From Fimbriiglobus sp. (lineage in GTDB: Bacteria; Planctomycetota; Planctomycetia; Gemmatales; Gemmataceae): a DNA stretch of 64,000 nt. The notes beneath the pieces were generated by a model. The model saw only the letters and a program-made list of their open reading frames with translations, did not search any database and had not been told where the DNA came from. A program made the position numbers and the translations under genes. Below, one piece after another: positions 1-9,421 of the stretch. The stretch lies in the NCBI GenBank assembly GCA_043744775.1, contig JAYTUC010000027.1, positions 11,940 to 75,939 on the forward strand. The letters are read 5' to 3'. Each line of letters begins with the position of its first letter. The stretch's first letter is position 1.

Positions 1-920
1 GCCGCGAGGTCGATGTGCGGGTGTCGATCATCCCCATGTCCCACGGCGAGGGGATCGTCATGCGTCTGCTCGACAAGGGCCGCATGGTGTTCAACCTCAA
101 GAACATCGGCATGTACGGCGAAACCGACCGCGTGTTCCGCCAGCTCATCGACCGGCCCCACGGTATCGTGATCGTCACCGGCCCCACCGGCTCCGGCAAA
201 TCGACGACCTTGTACTCCGCGCTTAATGAGGTGAAGTCGGAGACGGTCAAGATCATCACCGTCGAAGACCCCGTCGAGTACCAGCAGGCCGGCATTTGCC
301 AGATTCAGACGCACGCCAAGATCGGCTTGACGTTCTCGGCGGCCCTGCGAAGTATCTTAAGGCACGACCCCGACATCATTCTCATTGGCGAGATGCGCGA
401 CAAGGAGACCAGCGAGGCGGCGATCCAGGCGTCGCTAACGGGGCACCTCGTCTTCTCGACGCTGCACACCAACGACGCCCCGAGTGCCTTCACGCGGCTA
501 ATCGACATGGGCGTCGAGCCGTTCCTGGTGGCGAGTACCGTCGAGGGGATCATGGCGCAGCGGCTGGTGCGGACCTGCTGCCCCGACTGCAAGTCCGAGT
601 ACGCCCCCGCCCCCGACGACCTGCCGATCGACTTCCCCACGAAGACCGCCGACGGCAGCCCGCTGAAGCTGTGGAAGGGCACCGGCTGCCGCTCGTGCCG
701 CCAGTCCGGCTACCGCGGCCGCACCGGCATTCACGAACTGCTCGTCAACACCGACCTGATCCGCGACCTCGTCGTGCAGCGCGTCAACTCCAGCGTGATC
801 CGCCTCGAAGCGCTCAAGAACGGCATGAGGACGCTGCGCCAGGACGGCTGGGGCAAGGTCCTGATGGGCCGCACGACCGCCGACGAAGTCGGCCGCGTCA
901 CCGCCGGCGACGTGTCCTGA
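1..920 (+). CDS. gspE: Type II secretion / type IV pilus assembly ATPase (GspE/PilB family), 5'-truncated at window edge
   Basis: Walker A '[10 protein letters not shown]'. Conserved 'ILIGEMRD' and '[13 protein letters not shown]'. C-terminal tetracysteine 'CPDC...CRSC'. Frame is open to position 3. Confidence 0.9.
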   Translation, partial: REVDVRVSIIPMSHGEGIVMRLLDKGRMVFNLKNIGMYGETDRVFRQLIDRPHGIVIVTGPTGSGKSTTLYSALNEVKSETVKIITVEDPVEYQQAGICQIQTHAKIGLTFSAALRSILRHDPDIILIGEMRDKETSEAAIQASLTGHLVFSTLHTNDAPSAFTRLIDMGVEPFLVASTVEGIMAQRLVRTCCPDCKSEYAPAPDDLPIDFPTKTADGSPLKLWKGTGCRSCRQSGYRGRTGIHELLVNTDLIRDLVVQRVNSSVIRLEALKNGMRTLRQDGWGKVLMGRTTADEVGRVTAGDVS

Positions 921-954
921 CGGCCCGCCCACTCCCTCCCCAAGGTCCCCCGTC

Positions 955-2247
955 ATGCGCACCCTCGCAGTCTTCTTGGCGTTCGCGGCGACGGCGTCGG
1001 CCGGGCCGCCGAACGTCGTGTTCCTCTTGGGCGACGACCAGGGCATGGCCGACTACGGCTTCCTCGGGCACCCGCACGTCCGCACGCCGCACCTCGACAA
1101 GCTCGCCGCGGAGAGCCTGACCTTCCCGCGCGGGCACGTGCCGACGAGCCTGTGCCGGGCCAGCCTGGCGACGATGATCACCGGGCTGTACCCGCACCAG
1201 CACCTCATCACCTCGAACGACCCCCCGATGCCCAAGGGCGCGACCCTCGGCACGGCCAACAAGGACGCCACCTACGTCGCGCAGCGGGCCGAGATGGTCG
1301 CGCTGTTCGAGCGGTCGCCGAACCTGGCCAGGATGCTCGGCGAGAAGGGCTACGTCAGCCTGCAAGCCGGCAAGTGGTGGGAGGGCAACGCCTGCCGCTG
1401 TGGCGGCTTCACGGAGGGGATGACGCTGGGCGACCCGGCCAAGGGCGGCCGCCACGGCGACATTGGCCTGACCATCGGTCGGGAGGGCCTGAAGCCGGTC
1501 GTCGCCTTCCTGGACGGGGTCAAGGCGTCGGGCAAGCCCTTCTACCTGTGGTACGCGCCGATGATGCCGCACACGCCGCACAACCCCCCGGCCCGCCTCC
1601 TCGACCACTACCGGGCCAAGACCGACTCCTTGTACGTGGCCAAGTACTGGGCCATGTGCGAGTGGTTCGACGAAACCGTCGGCGGCGTGCTGGCCGAACT
1701 CGACGCCCGCGGGTTGGCGGAGAACACCGTCGTCGTCTACCTGCACGACAACGGCTGGATTCAGGACCCCAAGGCGGACGGCTTCGCCCCCAAGTCGAAG
1801 CGCTCGCCGTACCAGACCGGCGTGCAGACCCCCATCCTGATCCGCTGGCCCGGCAAGGTGACGCCGGCCCGCAACGACGCCCCGGTCAGCTCGATCGACC
1901 TGGTGCCGACCGTGCTGGCTGCTCTTGGCGCGAAGCCGACGCCGGCGATGCGCGGGCTGAACCTCCTCGACGCGGCGGCCGTCAAAGCCCGCCCGGCGGT
2001 GTTCGGCGAAATCTTTGAGCACAACGCCGTTGACGTGCGCGACCCGGCGAAGAACCTGCTCTACCGCTGGGCGATGGACGGCCGCTGGAAGCTGATCGTG
2101 CCGAACGCCGACCGGCTCCCCCGCGCCGGCGTCGAACTCTACGACCTCCGCGAAGACCCGCTGGAAGCGACGAACCTCGCGGCCGGGCAAGCCGACCGCG
2201 TGGCGGCGATGCGCCAGTCGCTCGACGCCTACTGGCCCGGCAAGTGA
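955..2247 (+). CDS. Secreted sulfatase-family (alkaline phosphatase superfamily) hydrolase with degenerate formylglycine motif
   Basis: Signal peptide 'MRTLAVFLAFAATASA'. Metal-site 'VVFLLGDDQG'. 'SLCRASLATMITGLYPHQH' aligns to the sulfatase C-x-P-x-R...TG signature but reads C-R-A-S-L. 'VVYLHDNGW' also present. Confidence 0.8.
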   Translation: MRTLAVFLAFAATASAGPPNVVFLLGDDQGMADYGFLGHPHVRTPHLDKLAAESLTFPRGHVPTSLCRASLATMITGLYPHQHLITSNDPPMPKGATLGTANKDATYVAQRAEMVALFERSPNLARMLGEKGYVSLQAGKWWEGNACRCGGFTEGMTLGDPAKGGRHGDIGLTIGREGLKPVVAFLDGVKASGKPFYLWYAPMMPHTPHNPPARLLDHYRAKTDSLYVAKYWAMCEWFDETVGGVLAELDARGLAENTVVVYLHDNGWIQDPKADGFAPKSKRSPYQTGVQTPILIRWPGKVTPARNDAPVSSIDLVPTVLAALGAKPTPAMRGLNLLDAAAVKARPAVFGEIFEHNAVDVRDPAKNLLYRWAMDGRWKLIVPNADRLPRAGVELYDLREDPLEATNLAAGQADRVAAMRQSLDAYWPGK

Positions 2248-2281
2248 CGGCCCCACGGCACCAACCCAGGACGCACGACCG

Positions 2282-3514
2282 ATGCCCGACTTCACCTACA
2301 CCGCCGTCTCGAACGCCGGCACGAAATCGACCGGCACCATTTCCGCCGGCAACGACCGCGAGGTCGCGGCGCTGCTCGACGCGCGCGGGCTGTTCCCCGT
2401 CACGATCGCCGTCTTGCGCGAGGCCGGCAAGTCGCGCTTCAGCTTCGGCCGCGGCGGGGTCAGTGGCCGGCACCTGGCGACGTTCTACGCCCAGCTCGCG
2501 GACCTGCTGCACGCCGGGGTGCCGCTGCTTCGCTCGCTCGAACTCCTCGAAAAACAGTCGCCCAACGTGCGGCTGCAAGGAGTTTTGCGCGAGGTACGCA
2601 TGAAGGTCGCCGACGGCACGGGGCTGGCCCAGGCGATGGGGATGCACCCGAACGTCTTCAACGAACTCGCCGTTAGCATGGTCCGCGCCGGCCAGGAGGG
2701 CGGCTTCATGGAGGACGTGCTGAAGCGCATCGCCGTGTTCGTCGAGCGCGAGCAGGACTTGAAGTCGAAGGTGATCGGCTCGCTGGCCTACCCCGGATTC
2801 CTGGCGGTGGTGGGCTTCATCGTGATCAACATCTTAATCATCTTCTTCGTGCCCAAGTTCGAGGACATCTTCGCCAAGATGCGCGACAAGGGCGAGTTGC
2901 CGCTGATTACCGAAATGCTGCTCACAGTGTCGCACTTCCAGCAGTCGTGGCGCGGGGCGTTGACGGCGGTCCTCGCCTTCGCCGGCTTCGTCGCCTTCGC
3001 GCGCTGGACCCGCGGCAGCGGCCGCACCTGGGCCGACGGCATGCGCATCCGGATGCCGCTGTTCGGCCCCGTGTTCCTGAGCCTGGCGCTGTCGCGATTC
3101 ACGCGCATCCTGGGCACCATGCTCCAGAACGGCATCCCGATCCTGAAGGCCCTCGCGATTGCGAAGGACTCGACTGGCAACAAGGTCCTGTCGCACGCCA
3201 TCGAGGAGTCGGCCGAGAACATCACCGCCGGGCAAAAGTTGGCCGACCCGCTGCGTCGCTCGAAATACTTCCCCGTCGATGTGGTCGAGATGATTGCGAT
3301 TGCCGAGGAGTCGAACAACCTCGAAAAGGTGCTCATCGACATCTCCGACGGCCTCGAAAAGCGGACCGCCCGCAACCTCGACCTGATGGTCAAGTTGCTG
3401 GAGCCGCTGATGCTCCTGATCATGGGTATGGCGGTGCTGGTGGTCGTCCTGGCGCTACTGCTGCCGATCTTCAACATGGGCAACCAGGTCGGCGGCGACT
3501 CGCCGGGGGGGTGA
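2282..3514 (+). CDS. gspF: Type II secretion / T4P inner-membrane platform protein (GspF/PilC family)
   Basis: Two GspF-type repeats ('LLHAGVPLLRSLELL', 'MLQNGIPILKALAI'). Three hydrophobic TM segments. Size 410 aa. Lies beside gspE and the pseudopilin genes. Confidence 0.9.
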   Translation: MPDFTYTAVSNAGTKSTGTISAGNDREVAALLDARGLFPVTIAVLREAGKSRFSFGRGGVSGRHLATFYAQLADLLHAGVPLLRSLELLEKQSPNVRLQGVLREVRMKVADGTGLAQAMGMHPNVFNELAVSMVRAGQEGGFMEDVLKRIAVFVEREQDLKSKVIGSLAYPGFLAVVGFIVINILIIFFVPKFEDIFAKMRDKGELPLITEMLLTVSHFQQSWRGALTAVLAFAGFVAFARWTRGSGRTWADGMRIRMPLFGPVFLSLALSRFTRILGTMLQNGIPILKALAIAKDSTGNKVLSHAIEESAENITAGQKLADPLRRSKYFPVDVVEMIAIAEESNNLEKVLIDISDGLEKRTARNLDLMVKLLEPLMLLIMGMAVLVVVLALLLPIFNMGNQVGGDSPGG

Positions 3515-3519
3515 GGACT

Positions 3520-3597
3520 GGCGAGCCGTCGGCGTGAGCCGGCGGTTTCTCAGCCTGCGAGCGCCTTGAAACCCCCGGCTCACGCCGACGGCTCGCC
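3520..3597. repeat. Perfect 23-bp inverted repeat (GGCGAGCCGTCGGCGTGAGCCGG / CCGGCTCACGCCGACGGCTCGCC) with 32-nt loop; REP-like/terminator-like hairpin
   Basis: Arms at 3520-3542 and 3575-3597 are exact reverse complements. Located between gspF stop (3514) and the gspG-like start (3707). Confidence 0.85.
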
Positions 3598-3706
3598 GAA
3601 ACCGTCGCTCCGATCCCGGCGTCGGCGTTTCTCTCATGACCTGTTAAGCCCCCCTTCGGCTATAGTTCACGTACAGCCCGCCTGCCCCTCCTCGGGAGCC
3701 TCTGCC

Positions 3707-4114
3707 ATGACGACTCGCCCCGCCCGCCAAACGCGCCGCCGCCCGGCGTTCACGCTCGTCGAAGTCCTCGTCGTCATGGTGATCCTCGTGATCATCGCCG
3801 GGGCCGCGACCGTCGCCACCTTCTCGTACCTCGACAAGGCCAAGCGGCAGGAATTCAAACTGAAAGCGCAGAAGATCGAGAGCGCCGCGAAGGCGTACCA
3901 AGCCCTCTACGAGACCTACCCGACCGACCCGAGCCAGCTCGTCCAGCAAACCCCGGACGGCTCCGCGCCGCTCATCGAAGGCGGACAGTCGGCCGTGCTC
4001 GACCCGTGGGGCCAGCCGATGCAAATGTCGATCGTCACGGACGACACAGGCTCGACCCGGATTCGTGTCACGTCCAACGGCAGCGGCGCGACGCTCGCGT
4101 ACCCAGACCGGTAA
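3707..4114 (+). CDS. gspG: Major pseudopilin (GspG-like), prepilin-type N-terminal methylation motif
   Basis: 'RRRPAFTLVEVLVVMVILVIIAG' leader plus hydrophobic helix with Glu+5. 'LDPWGQP' is GspG-like. ATG at 3707 is preceded by GGGAG. The upstream part of ORF 3566 covers the palindrome. Confidence 0.8.
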   Translation: MTTRPARQTRRRPAFTLVEVLVVMVILVIIAGAATVATFSYLDKAKRQEFKLKAQKIESAAKAYQALYETYPTDPSQLVQQTPDGSAPLIEGGQSAVLDPWGQPMQMSIVTDDTGSTRIRVTSNGSGATLAYPDR

Positions 4115-4159
4115 CGTCAGTCACGGTTCCTCTGCCCCCGCTCTGAGGTCGCCCGCCCC

Positions 4160-4723
4160 ATGTTGACCGCCCGCCGCCCCGCCGCTCGCCGCCCCGGCGT
4201 CTCGCTCGTCGAAGTGATTGTCACCATGGCGGTTCTCGTCGCCATCGGCGGCATCCTCGCGCCGACCTTCCGCACGATGGGCCGCGACACCAAGTCGAAG
4301 GCCGGTGCCGACACCCTGCGCGGCCGCATCGCCGACGCCCGCGGCGCGGCCATCGAGGACGGCCGGCCGTACCGCCTCGCGGTCTCCACCGACGGCAAGC
4401 GGGTGCGGGTCGCGCCCGACGCCCAGGCCTTCGTGACGATGGCCGCCCACACCGAGGAGGACGACGCCGGCCCGCTCGTCGCCGAGAGTACGCTGCCGCC
4501 GGACGTGACCGCCACGACGCAGCACGAGGACGGCTCGCAGGCCACGCCCGACGAGGCCGGCTGGGTCCGCGTCGCCACCTTCCAGCCGGACGGCACCTGC
4601 CGCGAGGACACCGCCACCGTCAAGATCAGCGAGCCGGGAGTCAGGGCCATCACCATCCGCATCCGCGGGCTGACCGGGTCGGCCGTCACCGAGGTCGGCA
4701 CCGCCCCAGGGAAGCCGTCGTGA
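4160..4723 (+). CDS. Minor pseudopilin (GspH-like), prepilin-type N-terminus
   Basis: 'RRPGVSLVEVIVTMAVLVAIGGIL'. Position in the pseudopilin series. GTGA overlap with the next gene. Confidence 0.6.
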   Translation: MLTARRPAARRPGVSLVEVIVTMAVLVAIGGILAPTFRTMGRDTKSKAGADTLRGRIADARGAAIEDGRPYRLAVSTDGKRVRVAPDAQAFVTMAAHTEEDDAGPLVAESTLPPDVTATTQHEDGSQATPDEAGWVRVATFQPDGTCREDTATVKISEPGVRAITIRIRGLTGSAVTEVGTAPGKPS

Positions 4724-5187
4724 CCCTCCGCGCCAACCCCGCCACCCGCCCCGCCCGGCCGCACCAGCGCGCCGGGCTGTCGCTTTTGGAGGTCCTCGTC
4801 GCGCTCGCCATCTTCCTGATGTCGCTCGCCGCGATCGCGGGCCTCGTCGATTTCGGCGCGGAGCGCGCGCAGGCCGCCGCCATGACGACCCTCGGCACCC
4901 GGCTCGCTCAGAGCAAACTGGCCGAAGTCGAGGCCGGCCTGACCCCGCCCAACTCGTCCGAGTCGGGCACCTTCGACGACGAGCCCGACTGGACGTACAG
5001 CCTCGAAGCGGGGGCCGCGCTCGCCGCCAACACGTACCCCGTGACCGTGACCGCCCGCCGGGAGATGGGCGGCCGCAAGTACGAGGTCGCCCTGACGCAA
5101 GTCGTCTTCGACCCCGCCTTCCAGGGCAACGCCGCCGCCGTGGTCAAGCCGACGGCGACTACCGCCACCACGACGGGGGTTAAGTGA
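4720..5187 (+). CDS. Minor pseudopilin (GspI-like)
   Basis: 'QRAGLSLLEVLVALAIFLMSLAAI'. Small size (155 aa). Overlapping start and stop with both neighbours. Confidence 0.6.
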   Translation: MTLRANPATRPARPHQRAGLSLLEVLVALAIFLMSLAAIAGLVDFGAERAQAAAMTTLGTRLAQSKLAEVEAGLTPPNSSESGTFDDEPDWTYSLEAGAALAANTYPVTVTARREMGGRKYEVALTQVVFDPAFQGNAAAVVKPTATTATTTGVK

Positions 5188-6098
5188 TGCTCGCCCACCG
5201 CCGGACCCGCCGCGGCTACACGCTGCTCGAAGTGCTGCTCGCCAGTGTCGTCGCCGTCGTGCTGCTCGGGGCACTCTACGCCGCGCTCGAGGTGACGCTG
5301 GTCCGCATGGATGTGAACCGCAACGTCATCGTCGCCAACGACCTGAGCCGCGCGGTTTTCAACCGCCTCACCGCCGACCTGTCGAACGCTCTCGGACCGC
5401 TGCCGCCCAAGTCCGGCGGGGACGGCACCACCGGCAGCGCCGCCGCGACCGCAGCCGCCCCGGCAACGACCTCCACGACGACGACGGCCACCGCCGACGC
5501 CACGGCGTCGAGCGCGGCGAGTGCCCCCGACGCCTCCGGTAGCGCCGCTTCCTCCGGCGTCAACGTGCCGCTCGGGGCCGGCGTCGTCGGCACCGACAAG
5601 CAGCTTTCGCTGTTCCTCAGCCGCCTGCCGGCGGCGCTGACCGACCTCGACGTGATCAACGCGACCGACGTGGCCCTGCCGAGTGACTTGCGCAAGGTGA
5701 CGTACTACCTCGCCACCGACGGCGGCCTCGCCCGGCAGGAGCAGCCGTGGGTCACCGCCGAGGGCGTCTGGAACGCGACCGACCCCGACCGCGCCAACGA
5801 GGCGGCCGAGGTGATCGCGCCGGAGGTTCTCGACGCCACCTTCGAGTATTACGACGGCGGCACCTGGCAGTCGTCGTGGGACGGCTCCGCAACCGCCATC
5901 GACGGCACCTCACTGACCGGCCCGCCGCGCGCCATCCGCGTCACGCTGGTGCTGCAATTCGCCACGCGGGGGGTCCTCCAGCAGAAGCGCGTCTCGCAGA
6001 CGATTCCGCTCCGCGCCGCCGTCGGCAACTACTTGCCGGCCGACCCCGCCCCCGCCACGACGACCGCGACCCCGGCCGCCACGACAGGAGGCATGTGA
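5184..6098 (+). CDS. Minor pseudopilin (GspJ-like) with Thr/Ala/Ser-rich insert
   Basis: 'RRGYTLLEVLLASVVAVVLLGALY'. Low-complexity 'AATAAAPATTSTTTTATADATASSAASAPDASGSAASS'. Its stop overlaps the next start (TGATG). Confidence 0.55.
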   Translation: MMLAHRRTRRGYTLLEVLLASVVAVVLLGALYAALEVTLVRMDVNRNVIVANDLSRAVFNRLTADLSNALGPLPPKSGGDGTTGSAAATAAAPATTSTTTTATADATASSAASAPDASGSAASSGVNVPLGAGVVGTDKQLSLFLSRLPAALTDLDVINATDVALPSDLRKVTYYLATDGGLARQEQPWVTAEGVWNATDPDRANEAAEVIAPEVLDATFEYYDGGTWQSSWDGSATAIDGTSLTGPPRAIRVTLVLQFATRGVLQQKRVSQTIPLRAAVGNYLPADPAPATTTATPAATTGGM

Positions 6099-7789
6099 TG
6101 CGCTCACGCATGACCCACCCCGCCGCGAAGCCGCGTAAGGCGTACGTCCTGATCGCCGTGCTGATCGTCGTGACGGTTTTGTCGCTGGCGGCCTACCGCT
6201 TCACCGACGCCATGACCTCCGAGTACACGGTCGCCGCCCGCTCGGCCGAGGCAGCCCAGACGAAGGCGTTCGCCGCGTCCGGCGTCCACTACGCGATGGG
6301 GATGTTGTCGGACCCCGCCGCGTTCTCGGGCACGCTGGGCTACAACCCTTACGACAACCCCGCCGCCTTCTCCGCCCAGCCCGTCGGCCCCGCCACCAAG
6401 CGCAACGGCGGCCGCTTCAGCCTGATCAGCGTCGGCGACACCTACACCGGCAGCGGCGAGTCGCGCTACGCCGTGCGCTACGGCGTGACCGACGAGAGCG
6501 CGAAGCTCAACCTCAACAGCCTGATGCGGCTCGACCCCAGCGGCGACGCCTTGGCGAAGGCCCTGCTCAACCTGCCGAATATGACGGCCGACATCGCCGA
6601 CGCCATCGTCGATTACCTCGACGCCGACGATACCCCGCGCCCCGCCGGGGCCGAATCGTCATACTACGCGGGACTCAGCCCCCCCTACCGCGCGAAGAAC
6701 GGCCCCTTGAACAGCGTCGATGAACTCCTGATGGTCCGCGGGGTCACGCCGCAGTTGCTGTTCGGCAGCGACCGCAACCGCAACGGCAAGCTCGACCCCG
6801 GCGAGGACTCCGGCACCGACTTCGGCCGCGGCTGGGCCGAGTTCCTGACCGTCTACGGCCACGAACTCGACACGAGCTTCGACGGCACCCCGCGCCTGTA
6901 CCTCAACGACGCCGACCTCGACGCCCCAACGCTGTACGGCCAACTCACCGCCAAGCTGCCGCCGGGCCTGGCCGATTACGTCATGGCTGCTCGCCTCTAC
7001 GGCACGACCTCGACGGCCCCGGTCGCACTCTCGTTGACCGTGTCAACGAGCGCCGGGACTTCAGGTAGCTCCGTGTCGAACTCGAAGACGGCCACGGCGA
7101 CGAAGGCCACGACACCGACCACCGGCGACACCGACAGCACCAAGGCCAGCACGCCAGCGACGCGGATGGGGTCGGCGCAAGAGTTGAACGCCGCCGTCGC
7201 GGCCACGCTCGCCGCCAGCTCGGCCCCGCGGATGAAGAGCCAGGTCAAGTCGATGACGGCGCTCTTCAACACCCAGGTGACGCTGCCCAAAGTGACCGGG
7301 GCACCGGCGAACGCCCCGACGGTGAGCGTCGCCAGCCCGCTGAACACGCCGGCCAACGTCGCCGCGATGTTGCCGGCGTTGATGGAGTTCACGACGACGC
7401 GCGACCCGGCGGCCGACTTCGACATGACGCCGCGCGTCAACGTGACGACCGCGCCGCCGGAAGTCTTGCTCGGGCTGCCGGGCCTGGTGCAAGCCGACGT
7501 GGACGCCATCGTCGCCGCCCGCGCCGGCCTCGACCCCGCCGACCCCGCCACGACGACCGGGGCCTTCCTGGTGACCGTCGCGGGCCTGTCGCCGGCGAAG
7601 TTCGCGGCGGTGATGCCCTACGTCACCGGCAAGACGATGGTCTACAGGGTCCACAGCGTCGGCTACTTCGGCAAGGGCGGGCCGTCGTCGCGCGTCGAGG
7701 CGGTCATCGACACGAATAATGGCACGCCGCGCATCCTGTACTACCGCGACGTGACCGAACTCGGCAAGGGCTTCGACCTGCCCCGCTGA
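6098..7789 (+). CDS. gspK: Minor pseudopilin GspK-like
   Basis: Start ATG at 6098 overlaps the upstream TGA. N-terminus 'KAYVLIAVLIVVTVLSLAAY' lacks Glu+5. 'SYYAGLSPPYRAKNGPLNSVDELLMVRGVTPQLL' is typical of GspK. The longer ORF from 5747 is an Arg-rich shadow. Confidence 0.7.
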   Translation: MRSRMTHPAAKPRKAYVLIAVLIVVTVLSLAAYRFTDAMTSEYTVAARSAEAAQTKAFAASGVHYAMGMLSDPAAFSGTLGYNPYDNPAAFSAQPVGPATKRNGGRFSLISVGDTYTGSGESRYAVRYGVTDESAKLNLNSLMRLDPSGDALAKALLNLPNMTADIADAIVDYLDADDTPRPAGAESSYYAGLSPPYRAKNGPLNSVDELLMVRGVTPQLLFGSDRNRNGKLDPGEDSGTDFGRGWAEFLTVYGHELDTSFDGTPRLYLNDADLDAPTLYGQLTAKLPPGLADYVMAARLYGTTSTAPVALSLTVSTSAGTSGSSVSNSKTATATKATTPTTGDTDSTKASTPATRMGSAQELNAAVAATLAASSAPRMKSQVKSMTALFNTQVTLPKVTGAPANAPTVSVASPLNTPANVAAMLPALMEFTTTRDPAADFDMTPRVNVTTAPPEVLLGLPGLVQADVDAIVAARAGLDPADPATTTGAFLVTVAGLSPAKFAAVMPYVTGKTMVYRVHSVGYFGKGGPSSRVEAVIDTNNGTPRILYYRDVTELGKGFDLPR

Positions 7790-7809
7790 CCCGCCCCCGG
7801 AGACGTGCC

Positions 7810-9420
7810 GTGTCCCGCTTCTTGGCCCTCGACCCCGACGCCCGCGGGCTGTTCGTGCTTGCGGGCACCGTCACCAAGGCCGGGCCGCAGGTCGAGCACG
7901 CCTTCGCGTTGCCCGCCGGCCCCGACGACGCCCGGCCGCTGACCCCCGCCGGCATGGCCGCGCTCGGGGCGAAGCTCAAGGACGCGCTGAAGCAGGCCGG
8001 CATCGCCCCCGCGCCGGTGCTGCTGGTGTTGGGACGCGACCGCGTCATCTTCAAGGACGTGGACTACCCGCCGTCGTCCCCCGCCGACGAGCCGGCGATC
8101 GTGCGCGGCCAGGCCGGGCGCGACCTCGTCGAGGCCCTCGGCGACGTGCTGATGGACTACACGCCCTTGCCGCGCCGGGCGACCTCGCCCAACGCCGAGG
8201 CCGACCCGCTGCGGCAGGCCCAAGTCGTGATCGTTCGCAAGGACGTGGTCGTCGGGGCGCGCGAACTCTGCGACGCCGCCGGGCTGCGGCTCGCCGGCGT
8301 CACCCCCCGCCCTTACGCGCTGGCCGCCGGCCTGCCGCCGTCACCGACGGGTGGCGTCCAGGCGGTCGCGAGCGTCTGGGACGGCGGCGGCGAGTTCGTC
8401 GTCTGCCGCGGCCTCGAAGTCCTCTACGCCCGCACGCTGAGCGCCGCGGCCCACCAGAGTGACACGGCGCTGGCTGGCGAGTTGAAGCGCAACCTGACCG
8501 TCTACGCCGGGCAGCGCGGGGCGGCTGCCGTCGAAGTCCTCTACGTCGCCGAGGCCGGCCGCGGCGGGGTCGCCGGCCGGCTCGCCGACCTGCTGCCGCT
8601 GCCGGTGCGGCCGCTCGACCCGTGCGTCGGCAACCCCGCCACCGCCGGGGTCGCCGACGCCTTGCGGGGCCGCTTCGCCGCGCCGCTGGGCCTGCTCTGG
8701 CTGCGCGGCCACGGCCCGGTCCTGCCGATCAACTTCACCGTCCCGCGCCAGCCCAAGGCCGAGCCGACCAAGACGCGCTCCAAGGTCCTCGTCGGCGGCC
8801 TCGTCGCCGCGGCGGTCCTCGCGGTCGTCGGCGGCCTCGGCTTCCTCGAACTGCAGAAGGCCGACGACCGCATCGCCGGCTTGCAGTCGCGGAAGGCCGA
8901 CTTCGAGGCCGAACTGAAGCGCAGCGAACTCGACATGAAGCGGCTCGCCGCCGTGGACGAGTTCGAGGCCCGCCAGGTGGTCTGGCTCGACGAGCTGTAC
9001 GACCTCGCCGACCGCGTCCCCGACGTGTCGAAGGTCACCGTCACCCTCTTCGACGGCGACCCCCCCAGCGCAGCGTCCAAGCTCGCGCCGCGGCCGGGGC
9101 AGGCCGCGACCGACCCCAAGCTGGCGAAGCTCGCGCCCGTCGCGCGGCTGAAGGTCAGCCTGCGCGGGGCAGACGACAAGGCGTTCCAGCGGGCCTACGA
9201 CGGCTTCCAGGCCGACAGGTTCTACGCCGACACCAAGAAGACGATCCAGGGCGACGCCGGCGGCAAGGGCCAACTCTTCGAGTTGCAGACCAACGTCCTG
9301 CGCCGCTCGGCCGCCGACTACCTGCGGCAACTGAGCGTGGCCTTCCCGACCCGCAAGGCCCCGACCGACGACCCCGACGCGCCTCCCGCCGGCGACGACG
9401 AACTCCCCGGAGGCAACTGA
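7810..9420 (+). CDS. PilM-like + PilN-like fusion (GspL-type assembly protein)
   Basis: N-terminal cytoplasmic domain 'FLALDPDARGLFVLAG'. Single TM 'VLVGGLVAAAVLAVVGGLGFL' followed by a coiled coil. Cluster context. Confidence 0.5.
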   Translation: MSRFLALDPDARGLFVLAGTVTKAGPQVEHAFALPAGPDDARPLTPAGMAALGAKLKDALKQAGIAPAPVLLVLGRDRVIFKDVDYPPSSPADEPAIVRGQAGRDLVEALGDVLMDYTPLPRRATSPNAEADPLRQAQVVIVRKDVVVGARELCDAAGLRLAGVTPRPYALAAGLPPSPTGGVQAVASVWDGGGEFVVCRGLEVLYARTLSAAAHQSDTALAGELKRNLTVYAGQRGAAAVEVLYVAEAGRGGVAGRLADLLPLPVRPLDPCVGNPATAGVADALRGRFAAPLGLLWLRGHGPVLPINFTVPRQPKAEPTKTRSKVLVGGLVAAAVLAVVGGLGFLELQKADDRIAGLQSRKADFEAELKRSELDMKRLAAVDEFEARQVVWLDELYDLADRVPDVSKVTVTLFDGDPPSAASKLAPRPGQAATDPKLAKLAPVARLKVSLRGADDKAFQRAYDGFQADRFYADTKKTIQGDAGGKGQLFELQTNVLRRSAADYLRQLSVAFPTRKAPTDDPDAPPAGDDELPGGN

Positions 9421-9421
9421 C

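Noticed and set aside
898-2295. 465-aa minus-strand ORF antisense to the sulfatase gene
   Set aside because: It is a typical high-GC shadow ORF with Arg/Gly/Val-rich composition and no motifs. The opposite strand carries a well-supported sulfatase-family gene.
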